A stretch of 63,596 bases of DNA, the filler included, from Stramenopiles sp. TOSAG23-6 (taxonomy: Eukaryota), in NCBI GenBank assembly GCA_900128565.1. It is 14 parts of 14 records of this genome, joined end to end, with 100 filler letters (N's around TTAATTAATTAA, not from the genome) between each part and the next. Parts side by side here need not be neighbours in the genome. Positions count along the whole stretch, not along the records: positions 19,424 to 25,791 come from LT636711.1; positions 25,892 to 32,255 come from LT636712.1; positions 32,356 to 38,718 come from LT636713.1; 11 more parts are not named here. One strand, 5' to 3'. Below the pieces are notes generated by a model, which was not told the origin of the DNA, did not search any database, and was given only the letters and a program-made list of their open reading frames with translations. Shown one piece after another: positions 21,401 to 33,574 of the stretch; position 1 is the first letter of the stretch; each line of letters opens with the position of its first letter. The translations under genes were made by a program, and so were the position numbers.

Positions 21401-23221
21401 ATGAGTTCTAGTAATGAGGAATCTGAAACATCCGCATCAGATGTATCAGCATCTGAAGCAACTATTGCATTGAAGAACTTATTAGGAATTGGTGCTGCAT
21501 CAAAAGGAAACTCAAAAGGCAAATCGGATGAACCACAGAAGAGACAACTGCAAGGTAAAAACGACCTTCATGAAGCTGCAGCAACGCTGAAGAACATTAT
21601 TGGAATTAAAGCCGTTGATGACCCTGAAATAATCGTACCGTGTGGGAAATCAAATAAAATTCCTTCTGTCGAGAAACAAATGCATGAATCTCGAACTTCG
21701 ATGTCTAACCCTCAAGAATGTGCAAAAATAGAATCTCAATTAAAGAGTGCACGACAAGAAGCTGACTTTTGGGTATCAGAAACCCTTCGTGCATCCCAAG
21801 AGGCAAACAGACTTCGATCACAATTAAAACAATTGCCCCCAAATTCCGTAGATACAAAAGAAAATACTTTTACAATTGTACAAAACAAAAAAGTTACTGT
21901 CCAAAAAGAGCCTTCTGTTCAAAAGCAAAAGATGAACAGTTCTTCTGATCAAAAGCAAAAGATGAACAGTTCTGCTTCACAAACATTGGAAACAAAGAAA
22001 TCTAAAATTCTCCCGAAAACTAAAAATAATAAACAAAATGGCAAAGCATTGAATAGTAAAAGTAATCGGAATATCGTAAAGAAAGGGTCAAATAAAAAAC
22101 AGAGGAAAACAAAACGGAAACTAAATCGAAAAAAAAAACTCAAAAATCTACAGTCTGAAACATTTGATACAGAGAACAAAAACGTATTCTATCATTTGAA
22201 TACTTTTAAAAATTGCAAATGTATTGTAGTATTTTTAGCAATAATCTTCGGCAATATTATATTTTTTATTAACTATGACTTTGGAATGGAATTAAAGTTA
22301 GGGTTAGGGTTTGGAATGGAATTAAAGTTGGATTCTACTCTTGTTAAGACGTTTAAGATACCGACAGAATCAAATGGCATTTTCTTTGAATATTCATCTG
22401 ATTTCGATACGTCAGGTGTAATGTGGTATTTAGGTACTCTAGCTGGGAAACGATCTTGGTACAATCCTGCTGATCCTGAAGATCCTGATCGTTCTGTTCT
22501 CATTCGACGCTCATCTGATCGATATGGTCACTCGCATACAGCTGCTTCGCGAGATGGCAATAACGTTGCTTACACTGACTCAAGTGTACACTCTGGAGCC
22601 TGGGTATCATTTGATTTTGGTAGAGGAAGGCGTCTTTTGCCATCACAATACACACTTCGGTGCCTCAGCTCACGCACTAGTCGACAGGGAGGTGAATTAA
22701 GAAGGTGGTTATTGGAGGGATCAAATGATAATGTACATTGGACACTTCTTCGTCGCCATGGGCCGCCCGAAATTCTCAGTTCTAGTTCACTTTCTCAGTT
22801 ACCTCTCTACTTAGGAGAAGTCATTGAACATATTTTCAATATTTTTCGAAGTTTCATTATAAAATTATCAGATGTAGTATCTAACACAAATAGTGGAGAA
22901 TTGTCTTTGAGACGATGTTGCTCGTGGCTTTTTGGTGATGAATCAATAGTTGGTGCTGAAAGTTCTTCTTGGGCGATCCCTCTCGTTCAAATCAGAGTCA
23001 ATAGTTTCAATTCAGGTGAATATATTAGAAGTAATCAGGATTTAGGATTTAAAGTATTTCGATATTTTCGCATCCGCCAAAGTGGTAAGAATCATAAAGG
23101 CCTTGAAGAGACATCAACAGCAACTCTTTCGTCATTAGAAAGGCGATCTATGCTCTTTCTCAATGGTTTTGAAATTTATGGATACTTAGTTGAAGATTCT
23201 GATGCAGAAACATANCGTTAA
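21401..23221 (+). CDS. Membrane-anchored protein with C-terminal discoidin/F5-8-like beta-sandwich domain
   Basis: TM segment near aa 275-292; FEYSSDFDTSGVMWYLGT, W.LEGSND...WTLL, FRYFRIRQSG, L.GFEIYG motifs. Confidence 0.7.
   Translation: MSSSNEESETSASDVSASEATIALKNLLGIGAASKGNSKGKSDEPQKRQLQGKNDLHEAAATLKNIIGIKAVDDPEIIVPCGKSNKIPSVEKQMHESRTSMSNPQECAKIESQLKSARQEADFWVSETLRASQEANRLRSQLKQLPPNSVDTKENTFTIVQNKKVTVQKEPSVQKQKMNSSSDQKQKMNSSASQTLETKKSKILPKTKNNKQNGKALNSKSNRNIVKKGSNKKQRKTKRKLNRKKKLKNLQSETFDTENKNVFYHLNTFKNCKCIVVFLAIIFGNIIFFINYDFGMELKLGLGFGMELKLDSTLVKTFKIPTESNGIFFEYSSDFDTSGVMWYLGTLAGKRSWYNPADPEDPDRSVLIRRSSDRYGHSHTAASRDGNNVAYTDSSVHSGAWVSFDFGRGRRLLPSQYTLRCLSSRTSRQGGELRRWLLEGSNDNVHWTLLRRHGPPEILSSSSLSQLPLYLGEVIEHIFNIFRSFIIKLSDVVSNTNSGELSLRRCCSWLFGDESIVGAESSSWAIPLVQIRVNSFNSGEYIRSNQDLGFKVFRYFRIRQSGKNHKGLEETSTATLSSLERRSMLFLNGFEIYGYLVEDSDAETXR
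22280..22329. repeat. 20-bp direct repeat flanking a telomeric-type insert
   Basis: TTTGGAATGGAATTAAAGTT-AGGGTTAGGG-TTTGGAATGGAATTAAAGTT. Confidence 0.9.
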
Positions 23222-23260
23222 ATTAGTTAAAGTAACAAGATTTATATTTTTTTTTAAAGC

Positions 23261-24460
23261 TTATAAGAATAAATTTGCATAAAATCTCATGCCACTTGCT
23301 GAATCATCGCGGCAAAGTGCTCCTTTCAATTCGGCAGTTTTTAAATGTTCACTAGCCACAAGTAAAGATACATTCCATTCTTGAGAGAGTAACATTGCAG
23401 ACAAACCTGTTCCATACGTTTTTTTTCCATTCTCGAGCTTCATTGCTTCTGCTTCTTTCTCATCAACTAGACGTTTTAATTTTTCAGTTACTGCATCATC
23501 ACTAAATGTGTCCAGTTGGACAACAATAACGCCAGACGGAAATTTTCGTAAACGCATTCCAAGTTTTAGAATTGAAAGTTGTCTGCACGCCACAAGAAGA
23601 TCATCCGGTGATAAGAGTTCAGTTCCTCGTGCACGATTGTACATGCAGTATATATCCATAAGGGATAACATCCCACCAGCAGAATCTATTGGTTTTACTA
23701 TAAATCCTGAAAGTTGTCTCGCTAATTCCGAATAAAATAGATCTCCTCCAGTACCCATTGAATCACGTGTGACTGGGCTCGCAATTCCAACAGACCTCAC
23801 TAAAGAACTAAATTCCGCTTGTTCCTCGGCAGAAACATCATCACTATTTTCACGACTTGAAAGTTGTGCAACACGTTCAGCAACTTGAACTACTTCCCGT
23901 GCTTTCGCCATGAGTGAATCTAAATCCTGAAAAGCTGAGCCAGCTAGTCGTTTTCCCTTTTGCTCCTCCTGTTTTTGTTTGAATTGTAAACCACCGATAC
24001 CTGCAAATGCTGCACGCTGAGCGCCTGAAGTTCCTGAAAATGTTTTTGGTCCTTCGCGTGCTTTGCGCTCCGATTCTTCCCATGACTTCCTAGAGAGTGC
24101 TAAGGGAAGTTGCTTCTTCCAATCAGTGAATACTGACGATGAGTCATCACAAAGTTTTATCTTGAGCACAGCACCAGTTCGGGTCATAATTATTAATTTG
24201 TAACTTGCATCAAACCAACCTGTCGATTCCGATGACGTTGACGAGATATTAGCAAGTCGAAGTTCCTTTGGATTTTCCCTCGTCTTATCAACCCACACTA
24301 ATCTGAAGTTTGTGAGATATAGGAAACCAGATTGGTAGTCCTTTTGTTTATTATTATCTACATATAGCGTTGTGTTTTTCGTCTGTCTTAAAACCACCTC
24401 ATCTACGCTCATAGTGGGTATTCCCGTTTGAGCTAATTTACATGGCTTCCAATTATCCAT
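23261..24460 (-). CDS. VPS36: ESCRT-II subunit Vps36/EAP45
   Basis: GLUE domain (GFLYLTNFRLVW), AFQDLDSLMAKAREVV, YNRARGTELLSPDDL, G.LCRDDS..G.RFY.N. Confidence 0.95.
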   Translation of the reverse strand: MDNWKPCKLAQTGIPTMSVDEVVLRQTKNTTLYVDNNKQKDYQSGFLYLTNFRLVWVDKTRENPKELRLANISSTSSESTGWFDASYKLIIMTRTGAVLKIKLCDDSSSVFTDWKKQLPLALSRKSWEESERKAREGPKTFSGTSGAQRAAFAGIGGLQFKQKQEEQKGKRLAGSAFQDLDSLMAKAREVVQVAERVAQLSSRENSDDVSAEEQAEFSSLVRSVGIASPVTRDSMGTGGDLFYSELARQLSGFIVKPIDSAGGMLSLMDIYCMYNRARGTELLSPDDLLVACRQLSILKLGMRLRKFPSGVIVVQLDTFSDDAVTEKLKRLVDEKEAEAMKLENGKKTYGTGLSAMLLSQEWNVSLLVASEHLKTAELKGALCRDDSASGMRFYANLFL

Positions 24461-24675
24461 CGTGTATTCAATCTCAAATCACATTCACTAAATAAGATTA
24501 TCAAACAAATAATGTTTTTTTTTGACTCGTAAACTTTGCGAAAAAAAATTTGCCAAAAAGAAAAACAGGTTTGTCACAGCGCCAGCTCAAGTCAAACTGA
24601 CTGGACTGGCGTCAACAAAACCACCCACTTACTTCTGCGCATCGGCTGCAGCATTTTATTACAGATTTTATTAAG

Positions 24676-25038
24676 ATGAACACTCTTGTCAGATCAACCG
24701 CAAGATTTGCTCCAAAGATAGGTAGACGTAATCAGTCTACTCAGGGCACATTGTTCCAGAGATTCGTACCAGTTGAAGTATATCCTATTATTGGATGCAT
24801 TGGCTTTGCTGTTGGTCTTTGTACTTGGTTTAATCTCCGTGTACTTTTTACACACCCAGATATGAAGTTAACTAAGACCACTCGTGCCCAAATGGTGAAG
24901 CAGGGACACATGGTGGACGAAGGTAAAAAGTACACTAAACATCGTAATGGCTGGAATGCTGGAGGATGTGGCTTTAAGAGCACAACCTTTCCGAAAGAGG
25001 GCAGTGAGACAGGAAAGAACGTCACCCTTTTCGCATAA
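24676..25038 (+). CDS. NDUFA4/B12D-like small mitochondrial membrane protein
   Basis: PVEVYPIIGCIGFAVGLC...R.LF.HPD motif after a transit-like N-terminus. Confidence 0.75.
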   Translation: MNTLVRSTARFAPKIGRRNQSTQGTLFQRFVPVEVYPIIGCIGFAVGLCTWFNLRVLFTHPDMKLTKTTRAQMVKQGHMVDEGKKYTKHRNGWNAGGCGFKSTTFPKEGSETGKNVTLFA

Positions 25039-25122
25039 GAAATAAATATTATTATGGTGAAAACATGTTATGTGACGATTCCAAATCCTCTATAAATCTT
25101 GTGTATTGTCTAAGTTAACTTA

Positions 25123-25790
25123 TTAATGTTTATTTGTTTTCAAATCAGTGAAAAGTAGAGCTTTAAACTCGTCTTTGTGCAAAACGCCGTCATTATTTGC
25201 GTCCACTGCGTTGATTATTGCTTGCGTATCAGCGTCAGTCATTTCAATATTTAGACTTTTCATAGTACTTCGAAATTCATCGTGTGAAATTAAGCCAGAT
25301 CCATCTGAATCTATCATACTGAATAATACATCCACCATTTCCTCAATATTTTCATCTTTTGTCTCACCTTCATCTGGCACTAGATTTTGGGATGCCCAGC
25401 TTACAAATTCAGTATAAGAAATATCTCGTGAATTGTCCACATCGATGCTTTGAACAATCGCCTCCGCATCAGATTTCTCGTCACAGACACGCATTGCATG
25501 TAACATATCAACCAACTCTGGTATTGATATTGAGCCTGAATGGTCTTTATCAAATGCGTCAAACATACTTCTCCATTCTATATCTCTCTCTGTTGAAATT
25601 GATCCTTCAACATCTGTGTAATTTATATTGGTATTTTCATCATTTCCATGTACTCCGTTGTTACTATTCACAATAGACATTATAGGACTACCATTTGATT
25701 CTCTTTTGTCGTGTGATGCAATTGCTTTGGCCCGTCTTTTTATACCTCGAAGAAGTTTTAGTGCTCGTACAGCTTTCTGTTTCATCATAT
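25123..25790 (-). CDS. Four EF-hand calcium-binding domain (5' truncated)
   Basis: DKDHSGSISIPE, DVDNSRDISYTE, DSDGSGLISHDE, DANNDGVLHKDE. Confidence 0.9.
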
Positions 25791-26263
25791 ANNNNNNNNN
25801 NNNNNNNNNNNNNNNNNNNNNNNNNNNNNNNNNNNTTAATTAATTAANNNNNNNNNNNNNNNNNNNNNNNNNNNNNNNNNNNNNNNNNNNNGCACCTCCG
25901 CTGAAGACAGAAGTGGCATTCAATTTGAAAGACGCGATGGCAACAATTTTCTCGAAAATTTGGGAGGATGGGGGCCTACTACAAGTATTCACTTTTTTGT
26001 TGACACCCAAGATGAGCGGTGGGAATATGGAGAAAAAGAAGGAATGCGAATAGGTCTGCAGAAAGAACGCCCACGGGATGCGTTGATGCTGATACTGAAA
26101 AGTGTAGAATAGATTCATAATTTGATATGATATTTTCAAAATATTGATGCCCTTTTTTAGAAATCCGTTTTTTAATTTTCAAAAAATACAACATTTCCAA
26201 AAAAATTAAAAATCTAAATCTAAATCAGTTACATTTTATATCTTTTTAAAGACATTTTACAAG

Positions 26264-27472
26264 TTATTTACTCAAGATTTGATGTTTCACGTTTTCTCTT
26301 TTTACTCAACATTTCTTCTAAAGTAGGTAACAAAATGTCTAATGATTTCATAGTAAACTCTGGAGTTTTTTGTTCATGTATTTTAGAAAAATATTTCAAA
26401 TTTTTTTTTGAAAATTTGTTAGGTACAAATTTTCGTACGAAACCAAAAAAAAAAAATCAATTTCAAATTTTAAAAAAAAAAATAAAACATACATCACTCG
26501 AAGAGTCACTGACAAATTCAGATAACTCATTTTCATTTGTTGCACCAGACATCACTAATATAGTTCTGAAACCTCCTCTATTTCCAAATAACATATCCGT
26601 GTCTAATCGATCTCCAACAAAAACAACGCGATTTGGATCTTTGGGAAGATTAAATTTTTTTTTTGTTAAATTTGCTAAATTTAATGAAGGTTTGCCACAA
26701 ACAACAGGATCGACTCCCCCTGCGATGTGTACAGCAGAGACTATACTGCCACCACCTGGAACGAGTGGACCATTTTTTAATAGAGGTGAAGCGGCATCAG
26801 TGTTTGTGGCAACAAAATAAGCTTTACCATATCGAAGATACATGTATTGTGAAAAAATATTTTTTTTTGTAAAATTTCTTAGGTACAAAATTTCGTACGA
26901 AAAAAAAATTTAGACAAACAATTTGAAATTCAAAACATAAAACATACATGGAGGCTTTGTGTAATTTACCATAGCAAAAACTCCCATCAAATCCAACAAC
27001 AACGCCAGAAACATTAGGATTCATATCTTCGAAACCCCATGACTTGACATCATCAAAATTTTTATTTTTGTCTTCTAACCCAAGAGTGACGAAACCATCC
27101 GATTGAAGAGTTTTATGTAAACCTTCTTCACCAACAACATATAAAGTACTACCCGCTGCAATTTTTTCTTTGACATGCCGAGAAGCAGCCATTGCAGAAG
27201 ACATCAAATCACTTTCTCTTACCTCTATTCCTAAATGCTTAAACTTTGCCTTAAAATCAGCGACTGTTTTAGTGCTATTGTTTGTCACATAACTTACANA
27301 CTTNCCNANTTTTTTTNANTGCTNCGACAACTTTATCAGATCCATTGATAACTTTAAGACCAGTCCATATCACTCCATCACAATCAAAGACAAAAGCATC
27401 TATGCTATTAATCAAATCGCAAATAACATCTGATTGGTCTTTCAATAAAGTTTTAGGCGGGACCATTGGCAT
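26264..27472 (-). CDS. PGP: HAD-IIA phosphoglycolate/4-nitrophenyl phosphatase; introns 26842-26947 and 26376-26492
   Basis: FDCDGVIW, VTNNS, FVATNTD, CGKPS, VGDRLDTD; frame break only within the N-containing stretch 27299-27325. Confidence 0.92.
26376..26492 (-). mobile_element. Introner-like intron, GT...AT
   Basis: Joins SSD|EQKTPEFTMKSL, a HAD-IIA C-terminal P.F...SL motif. Confidence 0.85.
26842..26947 (-). mobile_element. Introner-like intron, GT...AT
   Basis: Joins KASM|YLRYGKAYFVATN. Confidence 0.88.
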
Positions 27473-27741
27473 TTTCTAAGACTTGAAGTAAAACCTTGTT
27501 CAACAAACTTTGTTCAACCTTGTTCAACAAACTTTGTTCAACAAGGAAGGAACCTTTGGTCCCAGGTCCAGGTGGCCAAATCGATCGCGCGAGGTAGCAA
27601 ATTCTTGAAATTTCATTTTTTTTGTATTTTTTCGACGCTTTCGCTTTGGAAATATTTTTTCTTCTTCGTGTAGAGTACTACCCCTTCTTTAATGTAGAAC
27701 ATTAGATTTAAGGTTGATTGAATACATCCGTTTCATCTAGA

Positions 27742-28320
27742 ATGAGTTTAAGTGACATATCATTGGCTTCAGCCATCCTTGCTGTGTGTTTTCTACTCTT
27801 TCTTCTTTGTATGTTTTCTCGACTAGGCAAGCGTAAAAGAGATGGCAGATATATGTTCATCAATAGTGTGCGTCCTGGTAGATACAGAGAAGTTGCTATC
27901 GGGCACAACCTTGATAAAGAGGAACAAAAGTTTAAGATACATTTAGAAAATTCAGATTCAGATGATATTGACCAATTATTTGATTTTAGAGTTGAAGATG
28001 ATGAAGATGTCACTTTTGAAAAGGATGAGTTAGAGCAGTTGAAAATATTGGAGGAGTATCATCACTCTCTAGAGGAAGGGACACACACTGAAAAAGTTCA
28101 GGTCATTGATGTCAATACCAAAGAAAATAGTATACCTATTATACCACCACCAACGCCCAATACGAGCAAAGATTGTAAAGATATTGATCAAAGTATATCC
28201 GAGCTTGATGTTGACAAATACAATACAAATCCAGAGGTAAAAAAAACGAAATCAACAACAAATATAGATACTTCAAATCCTGAAACAACAAAAATACAAA
28301 GTAGCTTAACTTTAACATAA
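27742..28320 (+). CDS. Single-pass membrane protein with acidic cytoplasmic tail
   Basis: N-terminal TM LASAILAVCFLLFLLCMF followed by basic, then D/E-rich sequence. Confidence 0.6.
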   Translation: MSLSDISLASAILAVCFLLFLLCMFSRLGKRKRDGRYMFINSVRPGRYREVAIGHNLDKEEQKFKIHLENSDSDDIDQLFDFRVEDDEDVTFEKDELEQLKILEEYHHSLEEGTHTEKVQVIDVNTKENSIPIIPPPTPNTSKDCKDIDQSISELDVDKYNTNPEVKKTKSTTNIDTSNPETTKIQSSLTLT

Positions 28321-28469
28321 TATTTTATCAATATACAACATAATTACCAGACTATTGACTATTTTTCTTGACTATTGTAATGATTCTTTTTTATTTTTTG
28401 TCACTGTTTCACTTTAAAAAAAAATAATGCGACATTATTTTTTTTATTTTAAAAAAAAATTATGCAACA

Positions 28470-31400
28470 TTATAGTGAAGCTGATCGTTGGAGACAAGAC
28501 ACTCTTCGATGACGAAACATTGCATGACGTCCAACATCATCAAGTGTTTGAAGTCTGTAATCATTCTTTACTAAAGTTGTTAATTCTCTCCTAACGTTTT
28601 CGTAAAACCTTTTAAATGAGAAAATACCTAACTGCCCTCGTAAAAATTCCACCAGGTACAAACCTGTTCGTAATTGAAATACACGTACTGTACAAACAGA
28701 TACTCCTGCTCTTGTTACATTGAGGGAATATTTATCCCAATCAGATATTACCTTTTGACGGATGTGTTTATAGGGGTATGTAATGCAAAAAAATATTTCA
28801 AAAAAAAATTAAAAATTTTGTTAGGTACAAAATTTTTTTACNAAAAAAAAAAAAAAAAAATTTAAAAAACAAAAAAAAATTAAAAAAAAAAAAATTAAAA
28901 AATAACGTACAAGGCAATGGATGCGAGTCAGCTTCAACAATGTTTGCAATTCTTCGTAATACAGCAGCAGCTGGAAACGTTGTAGTAAACCGAGTAGATC
29001 TTTTCACAGTATCAACAAATAAAGGGACATTCTTCAGGTCATTTTTTATATTTTTTATATTTTTTGTGTTTTTTGTATTTTGTATATGTTTCGTGTTTTT
29101 GAGTGTCTTTTTTTCATGTATATTTTTTTCATTTTCCACATACTTATCATTATTATTACTAGACAATTTCATATCAGAATGTGTAGCAATTGTATCATTA
29201 CATTGTAAATTAGAAAAATTGTCTTTAGTAGATTTTATTTTTGTTGGACTATTAGGGTTAGGGTTCCAGCGATGATGAAGTTGCATTGGTAACAAACTCC
29301 TAGGTGATGGAGACCAATTTTTTGCTGAATCACGAAATCTTCGACTTTCAACATCAGTCATTGGATAGCATATACTGTAAAAAGATATAACATAGAGTAT
29401 TTATTTTTGTTACAAAATTATTATTCCAAAACATTTAGTTACAAAACAAAAAAACAAAGAAATTTCAAAAAAAAAAAAAATTAGGGTTAGGGTTATTCAA
29501 AAAAATAAAACCTACATAAATCTTCAAATATTTCATCATCAAAAGAATCTGATGTAATAAATGAATGTGGAGATAAAGTATGATCTGAAAATCGACGTCT
29601 TGGGTGTAAATTTGATGTTTTACTTGACTTGTTTGATTGAGCACCGACTATATCGAGTGGAAGTGATCTCGCACATTGCGATACATTTTGATAATTTGCA
29701 TTTTGTAAAGATTGACAAGTGGTAGGACTAGGGTTAGGGCTTTCATTGTACAAGTCATTATACAAATCCATTTGAAAAGATTCATCATTTTCACGTTCTA
29801 TCCTATTTTGAAGTAGCTGTGGCGCTAAAGGAGGCGACGAAAAAAATGGTGTATTTCGTGTTTGTCTTGACTTTGTAGAATTGAAATTTGTTTTTTCTGT
29901 ATTTTCTGTATTTTCTGTATTTTCTGTATTAGGGTTGTTGTCAAATGTATGTGAATTTCCAATTTGTTCATTTTTTCTAGAATTTGCATGTTTTGTTAAA
30001 TATTCCCCTGGTGTAGTAGATGTAAGAGAATTAGTAAACATTGTATTATTGTCTTCAGTACATTTTCTAAGAGAACGAAATGGCCTATGAGTCCAAGTGT
30101 TACCCGGTGACAGTTCTTGTTTGAATTCACCTATGTCATCAAGGTCATGTAAAGACTCAAAATCAATCCAAAGTGGTTTTTGTTTTTGTTGTTGTTTTTG
30201 TTGCTGTGAATCAACAACATCTATCACTTCAATTATTTCATCTGTTGTATTATTTCTTGAGTTATGTTTTAAATTATGTTTTGAATTATGTTTTAAATTA
30301 TGTTTTGAATTATTTTTTGAATTATTTTGTGTTAGCCATGGATGACGTAATGCTGATCGTACGGAAATCCTATAGACAGGATCTGGTTCCAATAATTTTG
30401 TTAATAAATCTATCGCCTTGATGGAGAAATTTTTAGGAAAAAACCAATTTGGATACAATGTATCACTTTTTTGCTTCATAGGAAAAAGCAATGCTTCAAT
30501 ACATTGGTTATCATTGATAGTATCATACTCATTTCCAATAGCTTCTTCATTAGTGTTAGAATTGTACGAAAAAAGTTGTTTATTATTGAGTTTTTGTACT
30601 TGATTTTGTTCTAGTGCTGTACATTTATGTCGTTTTTGACACTGAATTTGATATTTATGTAAAATTTCACGACGATGTTGTGTCCATTCACGCCATTTTG
30701 CAAATCGTGGACATTGGAGCAAATCTTTTCCAAAGGGTAAGTTTCCTGCAAGCATTGCATATAAGATGATTCCTGACGACCAAACGTCAACAAAGACTCC
30801 ATCATAGCCTCTATTTGGAGTATGTTCCTCAGAATTGATTCTACGATTACATGAATGCTCAGATGTTGATGATAACGATGAAAGGACTTCAGGTGCTACA
30901 TAATGTGGAGAACCAACAACACTTTTTAGACGTCTTATATCTACTGTATTATTGTTTGCCGGACCTGCACTAAATTTCATTTTTTTTATTGAGAATATAT
31001 CAGATTCATTTTGAGAATCTCCGAAATAAGCAGAAAGTCCAAAATCAGCAATTTTTAAAGTCGGATACATATCATCATGATCGGAAAGTAACAAATTTTC
31101 AGGTTTTAAATCCCGATGGCAAACACCTCTTTCATGACAAAATAAAATACCTTGTAGTAATTGTTGGTAATATCTACGAGCGATGTTTTCTTCCGTTCCT
31201 CGATCAATCAAAATTCGATCAAACAATTCACCACCAGACGCCAACTCAAGCACTAAAAAAATTGTACTTTTTGACACATTAACTAATTCAAGAACTTCAA
31301 TCAATCGTAAAACATTTTTATGTCCGCTTAAATAAGCCATATGTTGTATTTCTTGCAAAATGTTTCTTCTATCTTTAATAAAAGCTGCATATTTAGACGA

Positions 31401-32099
31401 TATAGTAGGTATAGTTACAACACCTGCTGAGGTTTCAATTCGACGTGGTGAGTTTGGTATAGAAGACATTGTATCACATGAAGATGAAACATGATTAGGG
31501 TTAGAGCTTTTACTACTATTATTGTCTACTGGAAAAGATTTTATATATTCACTTGATGTGAGTGACGGATGTTTTTCATCATGCACATCAGGAATATGTG
31601 GATGCTCCCCCCAAACTTCTACACAACGGGTCAACGGTAACTCTTGAAGGTGTCCACCATCATTTGGATCTCGAAATGCAGCAACTAACTCTCTTTTTGC
31701 TGGGTGCAGTAACCAAGAGATGTGTCTATATTCTAATTTTTTGTTGGGTTCATCACGTGTATACGTATCACCTTCAGATACGACTGTACATCTTTGTATT
31801 GCTGTTGATGGCATTAGTTTAAAACCGACAGGGTTCAAAATTTTCACCGCTACGTGTTCGTGCGTTTTTAAGTTAATCGACTCATAGACACATCCAGCAG
31901 CACCTCCTCCCAGGAAATTACCCAACTCGTAACATGCTCCTTCACCATATATCCATATCATCTGTCCATCATAACGGTCAACTCGACGTCTCTGAAGTTT
32001 CATGGGTGTACTCTTTGTTCCTTCAAATGTTTGCTGCTGCTGCTCAGGCAAACTGCATTCGTCGTCGTGCCAATTGTTTCTGTTATTGTCTTCCATCAT
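28470..32099 (-). CDS. CAMK-group (SnRK/CIPK-like) Ser/Thr kinase with C-terminal NAF/KA1-like region; introns about 29370-29515 and 28778-28910
   Basis: GGGAAGCV, VAVK, HRDLKPEN, IADFG, GSPHYVAPE, DVWSSG; C-terminal VKRSTRF and LYLVEFLRG...FKRFY. Confidence 0.92.
28778..28910 (-). mobile_element. Introner-like intron, GT...AT
   Basis: Joins HPLP|YPYKHIRQK...LYLVEF in frame. Confidence 0.85.
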
Positions 32100-32420
32100 T
32101 CAATGGCTAGGAGAATTTATTTAAACGAATGCCGTAAAGTACTACTATATAGCTTAACTGATGTCTATATTCTTATACTTGTATTGTGCTTCACAAATGA
32201 ACACGGAGCAAATGCCTAGAGACTAAACGACGTTATTATTTAAAAAGATGTTGTTNNNNNNNNNNNNNNNNNNNNNNNNNNNNNNNNNNNNNNNNNNNNT
32301 TAATTAATTAANNNNNNNNNNNNNNNNNNNNNNNNNNNNNNNNNNNNNNNNNNNNTAGGTACAAAATTTCGTACGAAAAAAAAAATCGATTTTTTTGTTA
32401 AAAAAAAAAATATCACATAC

Positions 32421-33237
32421 ATGATCATATCCAACTCTGCAATGTACGTGATATGTTTGAGGAGCAATAACATCTTGAATCACTGCACTTAAAACAGGAT
32501 CATTTGTATCCGTTTCAGCGACAGTTGTAAAATGAGAAAAATCTGCAGTTACTTTCATTTCTGGAAAGAGTGGGAGAATATCGCGACTTAACCAAGGTGA
32601 ATGTATTTTGGAAAAATATTTCAAAAAAAATCTAAAATTTTTTGTTAGGTACAAAATTTCGTACGAAAAAAAAAACAATTAAATTAGAAATTCATATAAA
32701 ACATACATGAAGATAACGTTTACGATGGTGTTCATGGCAAACATTTGTATATCCTCCCGATGTCCCCGATTTCTCGAATTCGAGAGCTTTTGAAAAAAAT
32801 TCTGTAGCTTGGTCAAATGTGAAGTAGTCATTTCCTGAATGTGAGTTAATACGAATTGGATTGAATTCTTGAGCAGCTTCAACCTGTGATTTGAAGACGT
32901 CAAGATGTGACTCTACACTAGAATCAGGACGTGGGTGTCCTTTATAAGGTCCACCGCACACGAGACCTAACTCACATCCAGGTGCAACTGGACCATCTGT
33001 GAAAATATGGAAATTTATTTTCAAGTCATAGTCTGACAACAATTTTTTGACATTTTCTTTTCCTTCTTGCTCAACTAATTTATATGGAACTTCTATTCCA
33101 TCATAGCCTAAGTTTGCTACAGCTGCGACTGCCTGCTTTAAAGACTGAAATTTTGAACCTGCAAGTACTCCATCAGTTGTTGGAAGAACGCCCCACATAC
33201 TTCGAAACATTAAAAGCCTCATTATACGTGATATCAA
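32421..33237 (-). CDS. Sugar-phosphate isomerase/epimerase-like TIM-barrel protein (3' truncated); intron 32601-32706
   Basis: GYDGIE, INSHSG.D, HEHHRKRYLH|SPW, TADFSHF..VAE, H.H.RVG motifs. Confidence 0.85.
32601..32706 (-). mobile_element. Introner-like intron, GT...AT
   Basis: Full consensus; joins RYLH|SPWLSRDIL. Confidence 0.9.
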
Positions 33238-33574
33238 TACTATTAATACTGATTAATGTGATCGAATTGTTCTCTTCTATTATGATCTATGAGGCACAAA
33301 TTTTGTAAATATACAAATAAACGGTATTGATAGATGAAGTATAACAAAAAATAATAGTATTACAACTATTATTAAATACTCTTCTATTCGGGAATATGAT
33401 GCAACAAAAAACGCACAAAAAAACAACAAGCAAAGCAAAGCAAAAATTTGATGTTTTAATTTTTTTGACTCGCGCTGTCGCTGTTTAAATTTGCTGTCAA
33501 AAAATCTGTCCAAATCCAGAACTTAGTCAAAGTGTAGTGATACTATAAATAAAAACCTTCTGTTGCAATTGAGA

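Noticed and set aside
26842-26947. Reading the elements as U12-type AT-AC introns (AT-GTATG...ATAC)
   Set aside because: There is no RTATCCTT 5' consensus, the shifted register would also need TT, CT and GT starts, and the p24 and ankyrin junctions plus the AG-ending copies favour GT...NN.
27299-27325. Frameshift in the HAD phosphatase
   Set aside because: It falls in a stretch with several N bases, so low-quality consensus is the likely cause.
29370-29515. Kinase intron as decisive evidence for an AT acceptor
   Set aside because: An alternative in-frame canonical pair exists (GTTTTA donor 4 nt downstream with the TACAG acceptor), so this junction is ambiguous.
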